Assembly (NCBI RefSeq): GCF_001194135.2 | Contig: NC_068983.1 | Coordinates: 144,421,360-144,457,329, forward strand | Source of the DNA: Octopus bimaculoides | Lineage: Eukaryota | Reading direction: 5' to 3' | Length of the DNA: 35,970 nucleotides | In this document: positions 12,321 to 23,776 of the stretch, piece by piece | Layout of the letters: every line of letters begins with the position of its first letter | Numbering within the stretch: position 1 is the stretch's first letter | Notes under the pieces: generated by a model | Told to the model about the DNA's origin: nothing | Seen by the model: only the letters and a program-made list of their open reading frames with translations | The model's database searches: none | Made by a program: the position numbers and the translations under genes

Positions 12321-14417
12321 TGCAGACAGCATGTTATTTCTCCTTATATTTTTCGCTTGCCGAAAATTGCATTTAAAGAGGTATTACAGATATGTCTTTC
12401 GTAGGTTTTAGGTGTAAACAATCAATTTGTTTAGTCTGGTGTTATATAGAATTCTAGAACAAAGGTTTATATTTCTAGCTTGATTATATTGCCTACAGTT
12501 CTTACTAATCTATTTTCTGTTATATCGGCTTTATGCCATACACTTGCTATTGATTTGATTGAGACCGATGATATATATTTTATTACTTGGAACGAAACCA
12601 TTTTCAGCTTTTGTTAAATCTTTTTCCATCATATACTTGAATCTCTTTTAGTTATCAGCCCCTCTCCGATTTAAGCTTAAGTTTTTCTACTCAGCTCTGT
12701 TTCTTTGTGTGGCGTATAAATTAGTTAATTATGGCAGTTAGCCAGTTTTCGTTTCATTCAACAGCCGACAACATTGTAAGGAGAAATTTTCCAAAGGAAC
12801 TACTTTCCTTAATCTGCTTCCATTAGTCTCTTCAGCGCATTCAAATGACGTTTTCATATCAATGTCTGATTTCAAGTGTCATCAAGTCATAAACCTGTTG
12901 CTAAATGGATAAATCCTGAGAGTAAATCATTGTGTATTCTCGTATTAATGCTATATTCTTGTGCAAATGGTCCCAAATTTCATTTCATATAGCCAATATA
13001 TTTCCCGTGTCAGTTTAATTCTATATATTTTTTTCAACTAAATTAATTCTAACCAACAATAGAATTTTTGACAGACATGTGTTAGAATATGAAACTACGA
13101 AACAACTTTGTAGCTCCGGGTGATACATGAGTCTACAGGATTTGGTTCTACTGAATAAGAATTGGTGTTTATTGTCATCATAATTGTCAGTCGAACTTTG
13201 GGTTACGTCAAATCACAATAGTGCTGCTGCTGAGCATATTTCCCCATTAAATTTATGGTTTAATCTAGGATATCTACGTGTTTTTAAATAGAATTAAGTG
13301 TGTGAAACGCTGAGTCAACAGATCAGCGTCTATTCAACTGAGAGACCAGACCGGTGGTTCGTATTCTATTACGAGTACATAACCCTAGCGACAAAACATT
13401 TAACACTAACATGGTCCTGTTCCTTTAATGGTAAACATATAGCATAAGTGTTGGTCGACTCTGATGCTAGCAACATGTCATTATCTTCCTGGTAAATCTC
13501 CCTTGCTTCAGCTGCAACCCCGCATCGAGAATGTGCCCCAAATTTACTACATTGACATATTGCCGAGCGACGCTAGCGACAAATTATGTTGGATACGTTT
13601 CAGTGTACTTTTGCGTTTAGATTATAACAAAATACAAAAAGGACACACACGCACATGATAAATGTATTACGTGCGTGTCTTATGCTTAAAGTAATTTCTT
13701 TGAAATTCTAACAATTCTACAGAAAATAATGTATGTTGTATATTAGAAGTGATTCAAATTTTATATATTCCAAAGAGTGCAAATATATTTCCGCCGAAGA
13801 GAACATCAGTCAGTCACAAGTATCTCTCGATACATCTTGCAAATTATGACAGTAAAACAATTTACACTCTCTTCTGTCAGTATTGAACTGAAATATATTA
13901 TGGAAAGATTAAAGTGCCAACGTCCTTGCATATTATTTTCCCACTTTCACCGCACTCCCAATACATATCACCTTGTGACTTCCTCTTACTTCATTACTAT
14001 ATACTTCCCTCTTTATCGTTTCGTTCAGACAATGTATTGCGTTTATAAGAAAAACGCCGATCTACCATGAAAAATATTGCCCCCAAAATTTAGTCTTTAC
14101 ATCTTCTCACAGCAAATCAATTTATTTCAGTTTAGAACAGCTTGCATCATTTTATATTACCTATAACAAATGTCTTGATGGTTTTAAAGAGAGTTAAGTG
14201 TATTTACCGTTCATGCGACACAGTGATTTTGACATGTTACGATACACCTTACTGATAAAGTACGATAAAAATTTCGTTTTGGTGGATAAAACATCTAAAT
14301 TATAACTGACATTAAAATTATTGGTATAGTGTAACATTTTGCTGGTCGAAAACACTTTCACAGAAGTTTCAAAATGATTTAAGTATCATCACAACACAAA
14401 TTATGCGTAAAAGGTGT

Positions 14418-14805
14418 TGTTGTTGTTGGCACTCCGTCGCTTACGACATCGAAGTTTCCAGTTGATCGGATCAACGGAACAGCCTGCTCGTGAAATTAAC
14501 GTGCACGTGGCTGAGCACTCCACAGACACGTGTTCCCTTAACGTAGTTCTCGGGGATATTCAGCGTGACATAGTGTGACAGGGCTGACCCTTTGAATTAC
14601 AGGCACAACAGAAACAGGAAGTAAGAGTGAGAGAAAGTTGTGGTTAAAGAGTACAGCAGGGTTCGCCACCATCCCCTGCCGGAGCCTCGTGGAACTTTAG
14701 GTGTTTTCGCTCAATAAACACTCACAACGTCCGGTCTGGGAATCGAAACCACGATCCCATGACCACGAGTCCGCTGCCCTAACCACTGGGCCATTGCGCC
14801 TCCAC
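14418..14805 (-). mobile_element. Full-length tRNA-derived SINE (Arg-like head; probably an octopus OR-type family) with a (CAA)n tail
   Basis: The reverse complement begins gtggaggcgcaatggcccagtggttaggg (A-box TGGCCCAGTGG) and has B-box GGTTTCGATTCC. It is nearly identical to 21523-21913. A degenerate TSD is gtaaaaggtgt (14407-14417) / gtataaagtgt (14806-14816). Confidence 0.88.
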
Positions 14806-14880
14806 GTATAAAGTGTAGATAAGAAAGAAAAAGAAAGAGTATGATTTTAACTAGAATACATTTGTATATTTCGAAATATA

Positions 14881-15095
14881 GTCTTTTCTACTCTAGGCAC
14901 AAGGCCCGAAATTTCGGGAGAAGGAGCATGTCGATTAGATCGACCCCAGTACGCAACTGATACTTAATTAATCGACCTCAAAAGGATGAAATGCAAATTC
15001 ATCCTCGGCGGAAATTAAACTCAGAACATAAAGACAAACGAAATGCCGCTAAGCATTTCGCCCGGCGTGCTAACGTTTCTGCCAGCTCGCTGCTT
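14881..15095 (-). mobile_element. tRNA-related SINE with a Deu/Nin-like central domain and a 16-bp TSD
   Basis: The reverse complement reads gcgagctggcagaaacgttagc...ttctgagtttaatttccgccgagg...tttcatccttttgaggtcgattaattaagtatcag. TATATTTCGAAATATA occurs at 14865-14880 and 15096-15111. The domain name comes from recalled consensus. Confidence 0.8.
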
Positions 15096-15454
15096 TATAT
15101 TTCGAAATATACTGATTATGAACTGGCAATATTTGTTTGTAATTTAGGTACAAATCATTGTTATTAGCAAAACTAATAATAATGATTTTTTTTTTATCTA
15201 AACTCAGGGAGGATATTTATAAGGCAGTGATATTTATTTGACACCTCTTTATGGCTGATATTGATTTCATCGGAAGGGACCGATAAATACCATGTCGATT
15301 TTAACGAAATTTGAAGTCAGCAAGCAGTGAAACATGACTAAATTAAATACTGCAATGATGTGCTTCTCTATGGCATTCGTATGTTTGTGTCAACCAAGTA
15401 TGATACAGCTATTGAAGAACTTAGCTATCAAATCAAAATAGAAAGGTGTCAAAG

Positions 15455-15600
15455 AGGGTTATACTCGATTCGACCTGGTATCCATTCTTACGGCCTTGAA
15501 TGGGGTGAAGGTGTAGTTGAAATTGGCAAAGTTTGAACTCAGAATGAACTAAGACGAGGCGCTACAGTTTAAAGCATTTAGCTTGACACTACAAATTTCT
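15455..15600 (-). mobile_element. Old degenerate copy of the SINE family at 14881-15095
   Basis: ctggta...gaaggt..agttgaaattggcaaagtttgaactcagaa...aagcattt is colinear with about 14955-15060. Confidence 0.45.
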
Positions 15601-15939
15601 AATAGCATATAATCTATCATGGCACCATCTGTTTTCTAATATTTTAACGTATTTTACACACTGAAGACATAAGCTCGTCTGCGAACATAGCCTTGAATAT
15701 AATTCAATGGAACGTAATTCTATTAAGTAAATAAAAATGATGCATGCTTATATGCACAAGCATCGGAGAAACAGGAAAGTTGAAATATGAGAGAGAAGAA
15801 GAGGGAGTGAGAGTAACATATAGGTAATGTGTATGTCTAAGACGGAAAGGTAAGAGGCAATATAGTTTAAGAAGAAAAAATTCAGCAATCACTTAATTAT
15901 TGATGACAGAAAAAATGTGTGACTAAGTGCGAATGTGTT

Positions 15940-16070
15940 TTTTGTGTGTGCGTGCGTGTGTTCCTGTGTGTCAATATAATTACGTATTTTGTGCTTATAT
16001 CGTGTGTGTGTGTGTGTGTGTGTGGGTGTGTGTGTGTGTGCGTGTGTGTGTGTGTGTGCGTGCGCGTATA
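15940..16070. repeat. Degenerate (TG)n microsatellite
   Basis: Seen directly. Confidence 0.9.
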
Positions 16071-16506
16071 CGTTTATAGTAGGGTTGCAATTGCAACGAT
16101 TACTCATCGGTACAACTGAAATATGTGTTTGTCTTAAAAGCAGTATATAATTATAGAATTAAAGGTAATGCTATTGCTACTTCGGAGTAATCCATATTTT
16201 TAATATTGTCAATATATATATATATATATTGTCAATATATATATATANNNNNNNNNNNNNNNNNNNNNNNNNNNNNNNNNNNNNNNNNNNNNNNNNNNNN
16301 NNNNNNNNNNNNNNNNNNNNNNNNNNNNNNNNNNNNNNNNNNNNNNNNNNNNNNNNNNNNNNNNNNNNNNNNNNNNNNNNNNNNNNNNNNNNNNNNNNNN
16401 NNNNNNNNNNNNNNNNNNNNNNNNNNNNNNNNNNNNNNNNNNNNNNNNNNNNNNNNNNNNNNNNNNNNNNNNNNNNNNNNNNNNNNNNNNNNNNNNNNNN
16501 NNNNNN

Positions 16507-16540
<34 letters not shown>

Positions 16541-18636
16541 TGCGTGCGATAAAATATATAAAGAAGCACTCATTGACCGAGAAAGAGAGAGAGAGTGGAA
16601 GGACGTGTAAGAGAAGAGGAGAGAATCTGAGAATGAAACAGTGCAGATGTAAGTGAAAAGATTCACGGAATTTGTCGGTTTTTCTCTTCTTTTTTTACAA
16701 TTCACCATATATTTCTGTTTTCTACTTTTTGAACGCAAGCTAGAAGTGCCTTCTCCATCTATTATCACCAATTACTAAGACTGATATATTTTAGAAATCT
16801 CTCTCTCTCTTTCGCATCATGTGCTAACCTACAGACGTTAATGAGCATGAACATCCTTGCCAATTCCTGAAAATTCATGATTTTCCTTGGGAAAGACTAC
16901 AACTGTGGACTCCCGTTGCCTTCTCTTGGTTTATTCACTGTTAACTTTCCCTGTCTCGTTTTTTCTCGAGCTAAAACTTGAGGTACAATTTGTATTTAAA
17001 TCCTCGAGTATAAAGCCTGCTTCACATGTCATCATAGTGTGTCCACACACACAGGTAATCCTGAATGACACATGTATAAGGGACCAATCCTTTTCTGACT
17101 TCTGCATACCTTAGCTACAAGACAATCTTCTGGTACTTGATCAATAGCAGGCACTGCAACTCCAGGCAAGACCGAAATTTGGAGCAGTAGTGACTTAGGG
17201 CTTAACATTCATACTACTCTGCTGACTAACTTCCGAGCAGGAGCCTCACAACCGGATTAATTTAAATATCTTAAAAGGTTTAAGAAGTCAAAGGGGGATG
17301 AGAAATACATTTGGCGAAAACAGCCACAGTATAGGTGTTTGTAAATAAATTATCAATCAATGAGAGACAGAAGAGAAACTTGATTCTGATGGGTTTGAGA
17401 GTACAGTGCTGTTTACTTTAAATATGTTAAAGAGTAAAGAAGTAACATTGTCTTCAATATAATACAGTCACTTCCAGCTTAGTGAGTTTGATTCAGCCGA
17501 AGCCCTCTCTAGAATGGCTACAGTTCAGTAACCACAATGAAAATATATGTTGTGAGAAAAGCTGGTTCTGGTCGGAATTCACGTAATGAAATCAAATCTG
17601 ATTTGGTGATGTGCGTATTGTCGTTGTAAACATGTCAACTATGATCGAAATTTTAGTGATTCGTTTGTTCTCGCAAGCCGTGGCATTTCGAAAAAAATTA
17701 TGCTATTTCTAGCAGGTCCAGTCGATCGCGTAGAAGCATGTTCGTTGGCTGTAGTGTGTTAAATGAGGAGGCGGGTATTAGGTCTACAATCCAAATGACG
17801 ATTAAAACACGATATTGAGGTACTTTTTTTGCCAAATCACTATTATTGATTTGCTACCAAGTTAAATGGATAATGTGTAAGATGTTATCGTTTATTTGAT
17901 TAAAGATATTTATATATACCATTGATACGTTTTTGATTGATCTCAAAGTACTAAAAGGTTAAGTCAAATCCTGATATGTTTATCCTTAAATGATAAAGGA
18001 ATGAAATAAACTTATAGAAGACATTATTTCTGGTCCACTATTGCTTTTCCTATTGTTACACGTATAATCTCTATAATGATGTATTTTTTCCCCCCATCAG
18101 ATAGAAATATACTGTATTTACGATGTAGGAAAGAGAGCATTTATCACATTCATATTTTTCTAAAAGACTGTAGCGACGAATTTGTAGGGCTTAGGGTTTT
18201 GTATTGGAGACTTTCNNNNNNNNNNNNNNNNNNNNNNNNNNNNNNNNNNNNNNNNNNNNNNNNNNNNNNNNNNNNNNNNNNNNNNNNNNNNNNNNNNNNN
18301 NNNNNNNNNNNNNNNNNNNNNNNNNNNNNNNNNNNNNNNNNNNNNNNNNNNNNNNNNNNNNNNNNNNNNNNNNNNNNNNNNNNNNNNNNNNNNNNNNNNN
18401 NNNNNNNNNNNNNNNNNNNNNNNNNNNNNNNNNNNNNNNNNNNNNNNNNNNNNNNNNNNNNNNNNNNNNNNNNNNNNNNNNNNNNNNNNNNNNNNNNNNN
18501 NNNNNNNNNNNNNNNNNNNNNNNNNNNNNNNNNNNNNNNNNNNNNNNNNNNNNNNNNNNNNNNNNNNNNNNNNNNNNNNNNNNNNNNNNNNNNNNNNNNN
18601 NNNNNNNNNNNNNNATATATATATATATATATAACA

Positions 18637-19142
18637 TTTATAATCATATAGATAATTATACTAAAGGGTGCGGATTGACCACTCCAATACGCTAGAAATA
18701 GATGCCAAATGGCTCTAAAAACCACCTCAATATTCCATTAGCACAGGTTGTAATCGGGCAGATGATCAATTGTATATCGATTTCAAACTTAGCGTTATGA
18801 AAACACCTTATCTTCCGTACAATATGTCAAATATTTATACATATCCATACAAATATTTATACAAATATTTATACATATCCATACGAACATCGTATAAATA
18901 TTTGTATGTGTATGCCTTGTAGGTATATGCTTTGACATATTGTACTAAAACAAGGTATTGTCATAACGCTAAGTTTGAAATCGATATACAATTGATCTAA
19001 AGGCCTTATTTATTCAACTGCCCGATTGCAACCTGTGCTAATGGAGTATTCAGGTGGTTTTTAAAGCCATTTGGCATCTATTTCTAGCGTGTTAGTGTGG
19101 TCAAACCGCACCCTCTAATATGATTATCTATATAATTATAAA
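18637..19142. mobile_element. Foldback/MITE-like element with about 200-bp inverted arms (18637-18831 and 18931-19142) and an AT-rich spacer of about 100 bp
   Basis: The arms align at roughly 85-90% with one indel of about 20 bp. The spacer repeats atatttatacatatccatac. Confidence 0.75.
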
Positions 19143-19342
19143 TTTAGTGTAAAATGTTACCTACAAGTTTTTCCCCTTGTCACTTGATAAAATCATATAT
19201 GTGTGTGTGTGTCTCTGTGTGTGTATAAACAACATAGTTGGTCATACAACTTCAAATCATCCCCATATATTCACACAATAGAATATAAATACATATTAAA
19301 ATAGTGGGGTGTTTAGCACACAAAAACCGAAGGTATAAAAGT

Positions 19343-19417
<75 letters not shown>

Positions 19418-19423
19418 CAAAAA

Positions 19424-19808
19424 AAAACGTGTGGAAACTTGTAAAAAAGCGTATGAATATAAAAATATATGAAGAAAATATGAATGTATATAGTAAGGCG
19501 ATTAAAAGTAATATAGTTAGACTATTAAATGTAAAGTGAATCCGGAAAACAATCATCGTCAAGTCCAAAAGTAAAAGGAATCCAGAATAATGCAAGAATA
19601 AATCCACGTCTACGGCCGTTTCAAGATGCGGATTTATTCTCGCACTATTCTGGATTCCTTTCTCTTTTGGACTTGACGATGAATGTTTTCCCGGATTCAC
19701 TTTACATTCAATAGTCTAAGTATATTACTTTTAATCACCTCGCTATAGATATATTTTCTTCATATATTTTTATATTCATACGCTTTTTTACGGATTTTCA
19801 CACATTTT
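19424..19808. repeat. Near-perfect long hairpin: arms 19424-19611 and 19624-19808, 12-nt loop
   Basis: About 19 substitutions and two small indels between the arms by eye. The loop is acggccgtttca. Confidence 0.92.
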
Positions 19809-19998
19809 ATTTTCTGTTTTTTTCTATTTTTTTAATTTTCTATTTTCTCTCCCTGTTTATTTCTGTGTTCCTTTCTGTCGAAGAGCGTAGGCTCGAAACG
19901 TAAAAGGCTTTCTCATTTCCCGAGCGTTAAACTAATACATCTGTTTGTTGTTTACACACCCGTCTTTGTCTTTTGTTTTCTTGTAAATTTTTAACTAT
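19624..19998 (+). mobile_element. Penelope-like element terminal (pLTR-like) segment ending at (TA)n
   Basis: Carries a minimal type I hammerhead motif typical of Penelope-like elements and is preceded by an inverted copy of its own 5' part. No RT or GIY-YIG ORF is visible. Confidence 0.5.
19870..19907 (+). ncRNA. Minimal type I hammerhead ribozyme-like motif (core variant CUGUCGA)
   Basis: CCTTT-CTGTCGA-A-GAGC-GTAG-GCTC-GAAAC-GT-A-AAAGG: stem I CCTTT/AAAGG, stem II GAGC/GCTC, palindromic ACGT stem III, predicted GUA cleavage after 19902. Confidence 0.65.
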
Positions 19999-20362
19999 AT
20001 ATATGTATGCTTCTACACCTTCGGGCTTTGCGTGCTAAACACCCCGGTATTTTGATATGTATTATATTCTATGGTGTGAATATATAGGGATGAGACGAAA
20101 TACGTTGTTTATTTTTTAACCGCTAAGTTTGTCTTTTGTCTCAGTTTTTACTGGAGTATTTGCCTTTGCAGCCTTATCCTTAATTTACTTTTCGACTCCT
20201 ATAAGGAAAAACGGAATTTAGAATTATATATTTTGTGACTTTATATATCTATATATATATGTGCATATATATATATTTTAGAGCCATTTGGCATCTATTT
20301 CTAGCGCATTGGAGTGGTCAATCCGCACCCTTTAGTATAATTATCTATATGATTATAAATGT

Positions 20363-20486
<124 letters not shown>

Positions 20487-20529
20487 TAAATATATATATA
20501 TGTATTTATATGTAAGTTTAAATAATAAG

Positions 20530-20976
20530 GGTGAAAAAGTGAATATTATTTTGATTAATATCAATTTAAATCCAGTGGCCTAGCAAATTGAAAAAATCTG
20601 AAGATTCAGAAACTTGGAACACGTATAATGCTTCTCAGAAATTTAGATCCTCCAAAACTGGTTTGCAATTAGAAGACCCATGTTTCTCACATGGACAATG
20701 TATGTTGATGCCCACGTGTTGGCAGTTTAAAAACTCTTTCCATTTATACTTTAGAGGGAAAAACTCATGATGTTAAATATAAAGAAGTTTTATCATAACT
20801 TGCTTTTATGTGTTTTCTATTTCACTTACATTCTTGTTGTTTATCTCACAGATATTTTTATTCCAGTAAATTTAGAAGCACTAATAACAATAACTAAGAA
20901 AAAGTTCGCATATCAAAGTTTTGAATGAAATCTCTTTCTTATGGTTAACACGGACAACGCTGAGTACTCTGAAAGT
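20530..20976 (+). mobile_element. Internally deleted Helitron remnant (PIF1-like helicase C-terminal motifs plus 3' terminus)
   Basis: With frameshifts it reads SGL..K.LK...GTRIMLLRNLDPPKL, jumps to GLQLEDPCFSHGQ.YV, then GKTHDVKYKEVL. cacggacaacgctgagtactctgaaag|t (20949-20976) resembles a decayed Helitron 3' end (..CTAG|T). Confidence 0.7.
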
Positions 20977-21174
20977 ACACACACACACACATAATTATAA
21001 GCATACTAATGCCCACTTTTTTCCGTTATGGAGCTTTGTATGCCCCAATATTAAACTATTTTCTATAGACAATATACGGTGAAGGCTTATACTTCAATTT
21101 ACAAATTATCACTCGCCACCGTCTCCCAATTCACGCAGAATTCGCACATACGCACACACACGTATGTATGTATG

Positions 21175-21446
21175 TCATTATGCAGTGCATTTCACGATTT
21201 CTTGCCAATAGGGAAAGAACCAGTTTCTAACCTAGATCCAAGGGTCCCTCATTGGAATTTCAACATCAACAACAGGGTAGGTATGCATGCATGTATGTGC
21301 AAATTTGTATGTTTATGTATGTATTCTCATAGTTGCATATGTAGACATGCTCAAATATACTTAAATGATAAACTTCTGGAAAGTTTTACAGACTTTTACA
21401 GTTCTAGTGATGGATTAGATCTGTAGTTTTCTAATTAGCTTTCTCC
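21175..21446 (-). mobile_element. Short 5'-truncated copy of the (CATA)n-tailed LINE at 10630-11850
   Basis: The reverse complement ggagaaagctaattagaaaactacag...tttatcatttaa...ccctgttgttgatgttgaaattccaat...ggatctaggttagaaac aligns to 11541-11823. (CATA)n lies on both sides. Confidence 0.9.
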
Positions 21447-21522
21447 ATGTATGTATGTATGTATGCATGTATGTATGTATGTATGCATGTATGTATGTAT
21501 GTATGTATGTATGTATGTATGT

Positions 21523-21913
21523 CGTGGAGGCGCAATGGCCCAGTGGTTAGGGCAGCGGACTCGTGGTCATAGGATCGCGATTTCGATTCCCAGACCGGGC
21601 GTTTTGAGTGTTTATTGAGCGAAAACACCTAAAGCTCGCTCCACGAGGCTCCGGCAGGGGATGATGGCGAACCCTGCTGCACTCTTTCACCACAACTCTC
21701 TCTCACTCTTACTTCCTGTTTCTGTTGTGCCTGTAATTCAAAGGGTCAGCCTTGTCACACTGCGTCACGCTGAATATCCCCGAGAACTACGTTAAGGGTA
21801 CACGTGTCTGTGGAGTGCTCAGCCACTTGCACGTTAATTTCACGAGCAGGTTGTTCCGTTGATCGGATCAACTGGAACTCTCGACGTCGTAAGCGACAGA
21901 GTGCCAGCAACAA
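21523..21913 (+). mobile_element. Full-length tRNA-derived SINE (same family as 14418-14805) inserted in (TATG)n
   Basis: A-box tggcccagtgg at 21536-21546, B-box-like gatttcgattcc at 21579-21590, caacaa tail, (TATG)n on both flanks. Confidence 0.9.
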
Positions 21914-23396
21914 ATGTATGTATGTATGTATGTATGTATGTATGTATGTATGTATGTGTGTATGTATGTATTTATGCATGCATGCATATATAATGGACTA
22001 AAGCCATCATAAATATATACATTTTGCTGTTTCATAAACTCTATTGTATGAACGACAAACGTTAACTGTTTGATGTTGCTTATTCGAGATTCACCATCTT
22101 TGAGCAGACATATGAGCAAACGTATTGCAGCCATCTCGATCCTTTTCTTTAGTTTTTTATAATCGTATACCATTCAATACAACCTTTTCTTCTTTTCTTA
22201 TTTAAGATGGTAAAGTATGATACGAGAGAAATTAAACTATTATTTGTATAATGTCCATTGCAGACGTAAGCGCTTCCTTTGTAGGATCAACGTGAAAATA
22301 TATTCTAATCAGGTAATCGATGTTGACTTTTTTCCTGCAAAATTAGCTGAAATTTTGATATCTGATTAAATTTAATAATTCATTACTAGTCTTAAATGAG
22401 TCTAAAGCAATGAAATCAAAGTTCACAAAGCAGTATTCGAAATCAGAGACAAAACTAAACAGCATGAAGTATTCATTCTAGAATACTGTTCTAATCTATC
22501 AGCTAGGTGATCGATATGAAATCTCTTTATAGAGAAAAGATTGCCTGTTTTCTGTGATTTATGGAAACTATAAATTTAGGTTATTTGTAAGAAAAATTTG
22601 ATAGCTCTCCGCTGTTTAAATTCGGTTAATCTGGATCTTAAGAAAGTTTGTATCTTCATGGAAATAATGTCTGGGAAGTATCGTCACAATGCATCAGATA
22701 CAAAAAAAAAAAAACTGAATTGTAAAATGATTGTGATCAGATACAATGACACCGTTAAAAACATTGGTTTTTATCTCTTCAGCTGTGGTATTCTGTCCTA
22801 GTTTTATTTTTCTTTTGACAAATATTACTTTACAAATGTGCATTCTCCAGCACTTGTTATGCATTTTATCCACATAATTTTGTTCCTTTCTTTTTCGCTC
22901 TGACCCACAGATATGTCCACACATCCCCGCCCCATTCTCTCGGATTTTCCCACCTTCTCATTCTCACACTTTAGCTGTCTGTGCGTCTATAGCTTTACAA
23001 CAAATGTCAAACATTTATAAAGTACATTTAATAGGATTACATACGAGTTGAGGAAAGCAAACATACTTAATATATTGGGTTGAGAATAAAAGACTAAAAA
23101 CGTACAAAATGGAAATAGTTATCCAACTGCAAAGTAGAGATTGAAAGACATATGTTTAGAGTTGCAGATAAGAAAGTGTTCTAGATCGATAAGAAAATAA
23201 ATATTGTTGCCTTGAAGGGTCGTGAGTCGTGAGTCGTGATTGCTTTAAATTCTGGGATTAGAAGCGTTGAGATGTATTGAAAAATAAGGAAATAATTTTA
23301 TTCTAAAACGCAGGATAATGCTAATACTATAGCATTAACAGGATAAACTACCCATATTTTGCAGAAAAAGGTATATATATATATATNNNNNNNNNN

Positions 23397-23776
23397 TATT
23401 AATCACGACAATTGTTTCGACACATCTAGCATCGATTCCTCATGGGTGGAACACTCAACAACTGGTTCAGGAGCATCCGGTGGTGCAGATGTAGCTCATC
23501 TGGTGACAAATAAATACAACTCGTTTCTCTTTTTGCCATCTGTGATTTTATTGTTTTATTTTTCATCTTCTATATAAATGAAGATATTTCCTCCGTCTAA
23601 CTGCTTTTATTTCTACAAAACGGGAAGTTACATTGCAGGACAGTCATTTTAACGAGGTGTATTTATTTATCACCCAGCAAGATACATCTGCACTGCTGGA
23701 TGCTCTTGAACCAGTTGTTGAGTGTCCCACTCATGAGTAATCGATGTTAGATATGTCGGAACAATTGTGAATAATA
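23397..23776. mobile_element. Inverted pair of about 125-bp arms (23397-23524 and 23651-23776), each resembling a decayed hammerhead-bearing repeat
   Basis: The arms align at roughly 85%. The left arm on the minus strand reads tcac-CAGATGA-gctacatct...agatgtgtc-GAAAC-aatt-GTC-gtga. Confidence 0.7.

Noticed and set aside
17110-17208. Minus-strand ATG-initiated 33-codon segment (MLSPKSLLLQISVLPGVAVPAIDQVPEDCLVAK) ending at AAG|GTATGC
   Set aside because: Only weakly hydrophobic, with no partner exon or homology; plausible by chance.
18186-18197. gggcttagggtt, telomere-like
   Set aside because: A single TTAGGG, not an array.
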